A stretch of 60,261 nucleotides of DNA, filler included, from Sphacelaria rigidula (lineage: Eukaryota), in the NCBI GenBank assembly GCA_964200075.2. It is 10 parts of 10 records of this genome, joined end to end, with 100 filler letters (N's around TTAATTAATTAA, not from the genome) between each part and the next. Parts side by side here need not be neighbours in the genome. Positions count along the whole stretch, not along the records: positions 48,292 to 54,226 come from CAXNAA020023356.1; positions 54,327 to 60,261 come from CAXNAA020023357.1; 8 more parts are not named here. One strand, 5' to 3'. Position 1 is the stretch's first letter; each line of letters starts with the position of its first letter. A model generated the notes under the pieces. It did not search any database, had not been told where the DNA came from, and saw only the letters and a program-made list of their open reading frames with translations. The translations under genes and the position numbers were made by a program. Of the stretch, positions 50,577 through 60,261 are shown one piece after another.

Positions 50577-50772
50577 GTGAATCGAGCCGTGTGAGAGGTG
50601 GGGAAGGCTGTACCCGACTTCCCGTCACCCTTTCTCCCGCTTGAAGCCGGATGAGTATACAATACGTGAAATGCAGCCGGCTTCTCACCTGTGCGGCCCA
50701 CACAAAGGCTTTGACTCCTTGAGGCATCGTGTCTTGAGGTGCACTGTCTTATTGTTATATATAGAGAGATGA

Positions 50773-52163
50773 GCGAGAGTTGGATATCGAACCGTTTTGC
50801 ACTTCGATGCGATATCGAATTTTTGAGTGTTCGATAACGATAATTTTCGATAATTTTCGGCGAAGCCGACCCACGAGCACGGCCGGGCGATGTGCCAGCC
50901 CCAAGTGCCCCCCCCCCCCGACTGTATTTGGCTTCATTTCCCGTCAAGATTGGCGTCCTTTATTCAAGGCCTCCTAGCCCAGGAGAAATGAACGTGTCCG
51001 GGTTTGAAAAAACCCAGCAATCACCGGGGCCTTCCTTATCCATTCTGATGGCAGAGATATGAGTGAATTTGTACCGAGGACAAACGAGCACGGCCAGAAC
51101 AGGTTTGACAAACGAAGCATCGCCAGAAGTACTCGGAGCATTTCCAGCAGTCAGGAGCATCAAACAACGGATTTCACAAATTGCGGACGGATTTGCTTCG
51201 AGAATGAATGAGCGAGATGTTTTGAAGAAAATGCAAACGTACTCTCTGGCCGTGATGTGCGGCCCCGCTTATTTTCAAAACAATATCCATCCGCAACTTG
51301 TAAGATCCCGCGGTAAAAGGGGATTATGAAAAATGGGAACGAACGGAGGTGGAAATTGGTCAGAAAAGACACGGGATTTTCGAATTTGCTGGGTTTTTTT
51401 CAAATGAGCGAGGCCACACACCACGGCCGCAAAACGCTCTTCTCGTTTTCCTCGGACGTGTTTCGATGCTCGCCCGTGAACTTTCCCAAGGCTCATCCTT
51501 GCAAAATTCCATCCGCAATTGGTAAAATTCCTTATCATAGGAGGGATAAAGAGCACATGTTACCACGTGTCCTTCTTTTTTGAGCAAAAAGTGAAGACAA
51601 GGGGTTAATAGAGGGCATACGAGTATGCGATCATTGTGCCCCATCACCCTGGCGTTGAACTTGAGGGAGACGGTTTAAAACACACACTACGCGAACCCGG
51701 AGATATCAGAAAATAAATGAGCGCGCAATCAAAATGCATGAAACGAAAAGTCGAAGGGGCAAAGAAAGGAGGCCCAATTGGCGCATACAGAGGTGTGAGA
51801 ATGTTTTGTACCTCGAAGTAGCATGACCAAGGAGCCATTATTAACGAGCAGAGCTGTAGGAAATTTTACTGTGCCCCAAAGTAGCATGGCCAAGGAGCCC
51901 AAATGCCTCCCTGGGGCACATGCTTGCACGATTTTAGGTTCAGAAAACTTCAACACGAGAAGCAGAATGGGTGAGAGCGTACTGTAACAAATACGCCTCA
52001 CCAGCACAATGATTAATAATCATTCATTAATCGGGTAAAAAATGCATGAGCTATCGTATCGTATCGTATCGTATCGAACTTATTGTTATCGCTGTCGTCA
52101 TCGTTTTATCGAACAGTTCTCGATACGACAACGATAACGATATTTCGATACGATATCTAATAC
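50773..52163. mobile_element. Probable intronic non-autonomous DNA transposon
   Basis: Inverted TTGGATATCG/CGATATCTAA near the ends, ATCGATA/ATCGT subterminal repeats, and a flanking direct repeat GAGAGATGA. The ends are not symmetric. Confidence 0.45.
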
Positions 52164-52826
52164 GAGAGATGACATCCATTGCCATGTTATCAATGTAGCC
52201 TGTAATCTCCTCGTATTTTCCATTTCTGTTCCCTCTCGTTTACCCCGTCAATCCGCGAACGCCTTGGGTAGGTGCTGCCTCTGCTTCAGCTGCCACGGGG
52301 GAGAAATACGAGCGAACTCCGGCCAGGTACTACACTGCAAGGGTCGGACGAATCAATGATTCGTCTGGTAATTACTTGATCTTTGTGTGAATGATTCGTA
52401 CCGGACGAATCAATCCTTACGCTTTGATTTTGGTGCTGCAACCCAGGTACACGGCCCGAGGACGTGGAATGGCGCAAAAGTTACATGGGGACCTTCTTGA
52501 CCAGCGGTCAACGTTTTTCTCTCTTTCGAGCAATCACGCCTTGAAAATCGTAGATTCAGTGATTCGAAGCGGCGATGATTCGTCCGGCAGCCGCCGGCTG
52601 TTGCACCGTACGGGGCGTTCGTCTGTACGATTTTCTCCATGTGTGTGCAGAATTGTCGCGCCGGTGCACCATTCTGTACAGGCATGCCAAGCGTCAAAAA
52701 CTACTTGGAGCACTGCCGAAACGCTTTTTGTTAGTCCATGGGCTTTTGTTTGATCAGAGCGCTCCTGAGTTATGATGTGCTCAGCCCATCGTTGTTCCAT
52801 TTGCTTGCTTGTATACGTTTTGACAG

Positions 52827-52960
52827 GGCGAAGGCGGTGTTGCAGTTCGCGGAGAGGGTCGCACGCTCCCCCAAGCAGGTCGTGCGATACGCCTACGGCG
52901 GGATGCCGCTTTGGTCGGCCTCTGACGCCCCCACGGAAGCCGTGCCACTCTGCAAATGTG
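52827..52960 (+). CDS. PDCD2L: PDCD2L/TSR4 exon, PDCD2_C domain
   Basis: tgacag|G acceptor (phase 2) and G|gtgagt donor. AKAVLQFAERVARSPKQVVRYAYGGMPLW...VPLCKC matches FxxRxxxxPxQxxRYxxxGxPL...PxC. Downstream exons were not found in this contig. Confidence 0.88.
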
Positions 52961-54464
52961 GTGAGTCGTGATACGCACTGCGTGTTCTGTGTGGACCCAA
53001 CCGAACGCGGCAAGAGATTCATGCTGGTCCTGTATTTGTGCACAACGGTTATTTTAGTCGGAATCCGTCGGCGAAGATCGGTGTGGTTTTGATTCGCAGA
53101 TAACCCGACTTGATTCGGCCGAAGTGTTGTTGTGATCCATTGACTGCACTTTTCACGAAAAACAACGATGTGGATATCTTTGTTGTACATGCGTGCAATA
53201 CTACGTATACTGCCAAAGGTTACTCTTCCGGCTCCTCCTGCCGGAGGCTGCTCTCGTAGTTGCTGTTGCCGAAGATATTTCGAAGCACGGCGTGTTTTCT
53301 CTGGTTGTTTAGGGCAATGATTGACCATGAGCTGGTGTATAGATAAATGTAATCTCTTGGGTGTGATGACTCTTCCCTTTTGAGTTACTAGGGGTACAAA
53401 AGATGAACAGGTGAAGTTCCACAGCGCGTCGGGGCCTTTCGCCCATGCCACTGGCGGAACAGTTCATCCGTGGGGTATTCAGCCTTCCTAGCTCCGCATG
53501 TTATACATGGGTGTTCATACTACGCATACGTACAGTATGTTCCGCACTACCTCTCTCTTGTACGTCTCAAGTTTCGTCGTTGGATATATGAGGGTGATTA
53601 TTTGGGAAGAGGGTGCCGTTAGCGTGGATTCCACTACTAATAGTGTTGCTCTCTGATACCGTACGTACGCACGGGCTTATACCTTATACCTGGTCTCGTC
53701 ATAATATTTGTATATATCCCGTGATGTGGAGTAAGCACCTCCAGCAGATTATATCGGCGTCTAGATGTAAAGTCATGTCAAAAGGATATACTATCTTCGG
53801 ATATTATATGGCACAGCTGTTTGCTTGCCAAACCTTCAGCCCCATGGGCGGCAGATGCCACAGATCGACCCCAAGTCAATCACTGCAGAGACATGACGAC
53901 ATCGATAATTAAAGTATTCAAAATCATGCCTCTTGACTTGCGGATCCTCCTTTCCTCGGGGTCGAAATATGAACCTTCGTGTCCGACCTCCAGTGCCTGG
54001 GGTATGCAGCGTGTAACGGGGGGAAGGTTGTTAAGACGAGAACAACAGAAGCTCGTAGCCTGTACGGCGAGATCGTCAAGCTTGATTTGTAGCGACAATT
54101 AACTTGCCCTCCTCCTACGGATTTGAACGCTTGCCGAATACCGTTTTAGGTCTACGGCTAACAGTGTTTTCGTGAGATTGAGAGTAGATGATACGATTGA
54201 GAGTGAAAAGCGGTCAATCAGTGAATNNNNNNNNNNNNNNNNNNNNNNNNNNNNNNNNNNNNNNNNNNNNTTAATTAATTAANNNNNNNNNNNNNNNNNN
54301 NNNNNNNNNNNNNNNNNNNNNNNNNNGACCTGCCATTTGTGGAGGCAGAGACAATTCATCGTCGAGTGCAAGACGGCGTAGCTCCGTCCTTGGGATTTCG
54401 GGAGCTCCACCGCCCCCCCCGTCGTTGCGCTCGGGGGTGTCGACGGTTGTCGGTGTTGTTGCTG

Positions 54465-54667
54465 TCAGCGTTGGCGGCGGCGTTGTTTCTGTCGGCGGCG
54501 GCGGCGGTGACGTTGCTGTCGGCGGCGATGTAGCTGTCGGCGGCGGTGTTGCTGTCGGCGACGGTATTGCTGTCGGCGTTGGCAGCGGCGATGTGGCTGT
54601 CGGCGGCGATGTGGCTGTCGGTGGCGGTGTTGCTGTCGGTGGCGGTGTTTCTGTCGGCGGCGATGTG
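54465..54667 (-). repeat. 18-bp coding tandem repeat (PPTAT[S/P]) in the Copia INT-RT linker
   Basis: GTGGCTGTCGGCGGCGAT-type units on the plus strand. Confidence 0.8.
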
Positions 54668-57293
54668 GGGGGCGCTGATCCCCCGTCATCAATGAGATGT
54701 CGGACAGGGTTGTGTAAAATCCCGCGCGACCCCCCCGCTTCTGCAAGGAAGCGGCGAGGTCATCTCAGCCCCCTCGCCAATAGCGGGAGTCTGTTGTGCC
54801 GCTTCTGTGTCCAGCTCTGGGTTGGGGAGCAAAAACGATACGTGCCGTGAACTGCGGGGTGAAGCACGCGCCGCCGGAGTTTGTCGTTCCGCGGACTCGC
54901 TGCCGGCCGTCCCTCCCTCGATCTTCTAATCCCTCGCTCCGTCGGGCGTCGGAGTCGCTTGCTGTGGGGCAGGGAAAGGAGTCGGGGGAACATACGCCCA
55001 TGTTACGTGCCTGGTCGTAATAGTTTGTCCTGTTTCCGTCATCACTCTCATAGTATCGCGCGGGTACCCCGGGGCTGGGCTAAGGTACCAGCACCTCTGA
55101 GCTTTTCGTTGTAACTTGTCTGTTCTCTGCACTCTACAAAATCCTGGCTTTAGAAAAGGAATAAGGTTGTTTTCCGGTGGTACTCCGTGCCACATTTCGT
55201 GTGGCGTCTTGTTTCCCGGGTGAGCCGAGGTCGCAGTACAGTTCAAAGCATGGCATGCCCAGTTAGCGTGTTCCGCCAACAGATTTTTGCTATTTGGGAT
55301 GTTCTGGTTCGGGTACATCTCCGATGCCTCAATTTTGGCTGCAAGGCCGGCCGCCTCTATGATGTCAACTGCACGCTCCGCTATGCCATTGAACTTTGGG
55401 GAGTCGGCAGTTGTTTTCTCTTGTTTTATTTTCTCTCTATCACATAGCTCCTCGAACGCCCCCTCCGAAAATTCACCTCCATCATCACTGCGGACATTCT
55501 CGATTTTTCGTGGGTAAATCTCTGCGATATATTTACTAAAGTACTGTACGGACTCGTCCTTTGTGCGCAGAAAAAGTAATCCAGGGTGTCGCGAGCAATC
55601 ATCGCGTACTATCATCATGTACGACTTTCCTTCCCGAGATCTAACTGTTTTTGGGCCTGTGAGATCAACAAACACTCTGGAAGCTGGCTCAACTGCTCGT
55701 GTATGGGTCAATCTTGGGATGGGCTGCCGAAGTTCCTTTCCTTCCGAGCATCCTCGGCATGGTTCCAACTCGCCGCGCAGCTCCACTCCAAGCTGCTATG
55801 CAGTTCGCCGGAGCAGGTCCTTGTGAACATGCGCATGTTTGCAATGGAAATCATCTATGTCTTCAACTTGGGGGTTGGGAAGTTTCCTCGGGGCAATCAC
55901 AGCGCATGCTGACGCATGCTTGTCATGACCATTCGGAAAGATGCTGTGGGCGTACATTAATAGTTGTCTGTGTTGACCGGGGATCTTCAGGGTATTGCCT
56001 GATTTCAACTCAACCCGGAATCCATCCCTAGACTCAATGTAGATGTGACCCGCGTTGGACATCCGGGTCAGTGACAACAGATGGTGACGGACACAAGGTG
56101 CGTGGTCTACATTTTTCAAGTGTAAGACTATATCTCGTCCGTCAGATTGTAAAGATAGAGCCAGGTTACCTCTTCCTACGATCGGGTAGGTACTACCACC
56201 CGTGCACCGTAGTACCCTTCCACTGCATTTTCTATAGTCCGTCATCATACTTGAATCCGGAGAAAAATGCGAAGTGGCCCCCGTGTCAAGTACCCACGGT
56301 TCGCCCCCATCTGACTGTTCTACTTCCCCCTTCCCAGCTGCAAACGCATACTCGCCTGGGTTGACCTCGTCCACCTGCATGTCGAGGCTGGTGAACGCTT
56401 CTGCATCAGCATCCGAACAGACGGAGTCGTCGTCCACCACGTCTTCCGCCACGCCAATCACGATCGCCGTGTCCTCCACAGTCGCCGCGTCCTCCACCGT
56501 CGCCGCGTCCTCGACAGTGGTCTGACAGTCAATCAAACTGTGTCCTCTCTTCCAGCACCTAACATAACGCCTGTCAGGACAGTCTCTCGCCCGATGTGTG
56601 GTCACCTTCTGACAAACGTGGCACCTCCACGACGTCGCAGCCCCCGACTGGCTCGTTGACGATGAGGCCGGCGACTGGTTGTTCTTGCCCTGCTCCCCGG
56701 TACCTGCGCGACCTGGGTCCTGGGTCTTTCCCGGCTGACCTTTCCGGTGTGGACCGTTACGTTTGCCGTGATGGCCCTTGACAGCAAGGGCCTGGTCGCC
56801 CGGGGAAGCCTTCTATCCCTTGGCGAGGTCCTGCTTGAAAAGTGCCGGTTCGAAACGTTTTCGAACCGACGTCACTACGACTTCCCTCATGAGTGGACCT
56901 TCGCGCTCCTCCAAAGCCTGTTTTTGGTAGTTATACTCGCAAGGAAGCGCATTGACAAATTCTGGGAGGGTTTGCGCCCCCGTCAGGACAATGTTGCTGT
57001 CGTGTGATTGTAACTCTCTCGCCACCTCTTCCATCTCGATTAGTTCTTGAACAGGATCATCGCGAAAATCAATCTTCACGTGATCAAATTTTTCTAGAAG
57101 AGCTAATCTAGCTCCGTTGGTCTTGGGGCTGTAGAAATCATTAAACTCACGCCACACGGCTGCTGGAGACGGAATTCGGAGCAAAACATCCCGGTCCCGC
57201 TTATGTTCGAGACTTGCCACCAACATTTGCCTCGCTCTCACGTTTGCAGCAACAGTGCCCTTTCCGTGCCTTGCTTCAAGATAACTCAAGGAT

Positions 57294-57539
57294 GACACTT
57301 TCTACGACAGCCACCCCCCAAAAGTGCATGATTTTGGGAGGCAAAATCTTCACGTAAATCGAAATGGGAAAAGCCGAGCACAACGAGAAGCTGGTTAATC
57401 CCACGGTTGGGTTCGTTCTAGTCAATGTTGCCAATATGAGGCGCTTCGTGCAGCCTAACCCGAACATCAGGCGCTGTATGGTCATTCGTTTCGTGACACT
57501 TTTAGCTGGTTTTGGGGGGGGGCTATCGTAGAAAGTGTC
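57294..57539. mobile_element. GACAC-TIR MITE (246 bp) inserted in Copia gag
   Basis: TIRs GACACTTTCTACGACAGCCACCCCCCAAAA / TTTTGGGGGGGGGCTATCGTAGAAAGTGTC, with a perfect 4-bp TSD GGAT (57290-57293, 57540-57543). Confidence 0.9.
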
Positions 57540-58461
57540 GGATAACGCCTTGTTTCCCACCTCCACATCGTGCGCCCTATTTTCTGACATAGTGAACACC
57601 CAATCAACTGCTTCGGTCCTAGCAAACATGATTAGTTCGTGACTGTAGTGGGTAAACTCTGAACTCTTCCCAGAGAACTTGGGTACAGCTGCCTTGAAAA
57701 CTGGGACCCCGGAAATATTTTGGATACTTGGTCGATCGTGACCGAACACTGCGACGGACTCACTTGCGGCGTCTGTACCCCTTGCTCCGTCGCTTGCTGT
57801 CCTCTGGTCGCTCCCGCTCGGAGCTCCCCGCTCGCCCTCTCTGCTATGTCTTCGGCCTTGAGGTGAGCTTTGGTTGGCTGCGCTGTCAGCCCGGTGTCGT
57901 TGTGTTGCTTGATCTTCCTCGCTTTCGACGACGCCACTTCACCTCGCGCCTCCGGATTCTCGACCTTCGATGCCATCTACCCTACCCTATATTACAGTCT
58001 GTGTAGATTGTACATATTTTACCATCTCTGTCAGTGTGCTGAACTGACCACTGAACAGACTCATCATTCTTTCAAGCTGACTCGTGAGCCCGTCGAACCA
58101 TTCTTCTGAAGACGGAGCGTTACCATCGCTCCTAGCCATACTTGCCCAATCGATTGATCACTAGTGTATCCCTTGGCTCAGGCACAGGGTAATGGTTTCA
58201 GATCTTTTATTAAAGAGGTTCTACTATAACTTGGGAGAGTGCTGATGAAATGGAGGTAGATGAATGAGAATGATCAAAGACGGCGGGCTGCTCTGCTGCT
58301 CTCAGCCGTACTGTACCACATTTGCACAAACTTGACTGTCGGTACTCGTACATCATCCCGACCCTCGGTTCTACGTAGATCCAGCATTACTGGGTATCTG
58401 TATCACTCGAACAGAAAGGGATGCTTGGCCAATGGTCAAACGACTAAGGCTAGCGACAAAT

Positions 58462-59272
58462 TTACGCCTCCCCCCACATTTGTTTCATCCCGCCATCGAA
58501 GTCTTGATTTGTTTCACTCTCTACATCTTTTCGTACTCCTTCCTTTTCGTTCTGTGCCATCTGTTTTACTGCTACTTGCGCTTTAGTGTACTCCTCCCAT
58601 CCTACAGTACTATTGCTCGACATCCATCTCGCGTGGACCTCTCCCCTTACTTTGATAGCCTCTTTTACTTCCTCATGCCACCATTTTGATACTCTGGTGC
58701 ATACCATAGGTTTCTTCCCTACGACTTTACTCGCTGTGTTTTTAACCAGCTACTCCCATCCTTCTGCAATCTTCGCTCCTGCCTGAGTTCTTTCCATTTC
58801 GGTATCAACTGCTTACACGTTCCAACAGTTTGAAAATTTCCACTGCATTTTTGGCCACCTCTTCTTGGAACTCTTGCTGTTTATATTCCATATCTAGTTT
58901 ATCGGTTCTCCGTTTGTGCCAATTTTCATCCCGACTCTTGCTTTCAGCTCTCGTCCGTTGGCTTCCAAATCCGGTAGGATCTGTAGTTACAACTTCCTTC
59001 GCACATACAAGTACTTCCATTTCCTCACCATTTCCATGCTCTACCACTGTATAGTCAAGCACGGAGTGTTCTCTTTTCTTATCTTTGCACTCCCTCGTAA
59101 ATGGCGTCTCTGTCATCTGAGCTTTATCGTTCAGCGTCTTCATCTCGTTATCCTCGGGGAACTTGAGCATTTCTACGCCATTCGTATTCTTCTCATCTTC
59201 TACGTAATGCCCGATGATATCAGCCGCTTGACCTATATTTCCTGCTCTGGCATTAAAATCTCCCTCTATCAT
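58462..59272 (-). pseudogene. LINE ORF2 fragment: AP-endonuclease C-terminal half and linker
   Basis: GDFNAR, NG.EML, SVLDY (APE motifs) and KWWHEEVKEAIK (post-endonuclease WW motif), interrupted by stops and frameshifts. Confidence 0.85.
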
Positions 59273-59417
59273 TATTTCTTATTAACAGCCGATTTTAAAT
59301 TTTGGGGTCGCAACAAAAAATGAGGTTGAAGTCCCATTTCTCTATTTCAGGGAAGATCCGAAAGAGTAACACAGAGCGAAAGTATCTTCCTTCCCAAACC
59401 TCCGCAGCAGGAGTTAA

Positions 59418-59519
59418 CCGTTAGACCGCGAGAATAGGTCACCTGCTGAATCGGCATCAATATTCACTTGAAAAAAGCACACGTGGTTCAGATGTACTAC
59501 CGGCACCGCGGTCGAAGGG
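59418..59519. mobile_element. piggyBac-like mini-MITE (102 bp)
   Basis: TTAA|CCGTTAGACCGCG...CGCGGTCGAAGGG|TTAA. It shares TGAATCGGCATC with 32059-32183 and a decayed copy at 47562-47649. Confidence 0.7.
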
Positions 59520-60261
59520 TTAAGCAACTCTGACTAGGTGCACCCAACGAAATGCGGTGTTCACGCGTGTCGATGACGATATCACCAGAGAGAGAAGCGA
59601 CGGCAGAGAGGAAGCTCCTCGCCCGTGCCCTTTGTGTGTCACCGCTTGGTGATTACCAATCTCTCGAGAGACTGGCATCCTTGATCTTACCAGCATGTGC
59701 CAAATATTTCATATGCCAGAGCATCGACGTGCGGAGAGATTCCGTGGTCTCTTCTTGCCTGTCGCCAACGCGAACATCGATTTCTCTCTGCCTCTTCTTT
59801 TGGACAGGACGTGCCTCTGTGCGCTGAAAAGCATGTCGTTGAAACAATAGGGCAATCTTCCCGTCAGCGCTACTACTGTTCTCTGTCACACACATATGCT
59901 AGCAAGGACGGTGCTGCGGCAATAACAGATAGATCCAATTTGAACTTAGGGGGGCTGTTATTCATCATTGAGTTTACCCGCATCTCCCCCGCCAGCTGGG
60001 CTCCCGAGCTGAGCACGCCAGTTGAGAGGGGTATATGAGAGATCAAACACTTGTATAAACCTATTTGAACATGCGTAGTGAAAAAAGATACCTATGGTGG
60101 TGACCTAACTGTTGCTAGCGTGGCGCATAGGCGTCAGCCCATGTCGCAACCTGCAGCACACGCTGAACAGCTCGGTACAACAGGAGGTACGAGTAGGTTC
60201 CTATAAGGAATAGTTATTCCGATGTCAGGAGATCAAGGGCAATTGAAACTTGGGAGGCTAG

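Larger units (their letters stand above)
54327..58413 (-). mobile_element. Ty1/Copia element, 5' part: LTR, gag, zinc knuckles, protease, GAG-pre-integrase, integrase (pseudogenised; RT beyond the contig end)
   Basis: The LTR starts TGTTCGAG at 58413 and gag ATG is at 57976. Motifs: VPKFSGK; CWKRGHSLIDC; WVLDTGATSHF (protease); HCKHAH...CRGC, split by one in-frame TAG at 55796; VFVDLTGP/RSDDGGEF/NGIAER (DDE). PR-INT order indicates Copia. Confidence 0.93.

Noticed and set aside
52534..53451. 305-aa minus-strand ORF
   Set aside because: It overlaps the PDCD2L exon antisense and a dispersed repeat, with no protein-like features.
52961..58413. Copia element inside a PDCD2L intron
   Set aside because: A linker at 54227-54326 separates them, so adjacency is unknown.

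Overview
Eukaryotic, intron-rich, transposon-dense DNA, most likely from a brown alga or other stramenopile (inferred from gene style, a spliced HslU exon and the TE families; not provable here). The window is not one locus. Nine identical 100-bp N/TTAATTAATTAA/N linkers cut it into ten pieces of 5937, 5937, 5937, 5936 (x5), 5935 and 5935 bp. These are size-sorted, unlinked contigs, so nothing can be inferred across a linker. Host genes appear only as spliced fragments: the last two exons of RRP7, one N-terminal HslU exon, three phase-compatible PDCD2L/TSR4 exons and two weak candidate exons. The rest is mobile DNA: two copies of one Ty3/Gypsy family (a gag-PR-RT half and an RH-INT-chromo half), two related Copia elements, LINE fragments, a tRNA-derived SINE, a non-autonomous hAT element and several MITE families, often nested. 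Best leads: (1) the Gypsy gag-pol junction is an in-frame UGA-CGG followed 9 nt later by an 8-bp stem-loop, the layout of a programmed stop-codon readthrough signal; (2) the same family's integrase ends in a chromodomain plus a second Tudor-like module; (3) a GACAC-ended MITE family makes a 4-bp TSD, and its removal restores a Copia gag frame; (4) a LINE-derived repeat ends in oligo(C) and forms head-to-tail units. No CRISPR array, rRNA or bona fide tRNA gene was found.
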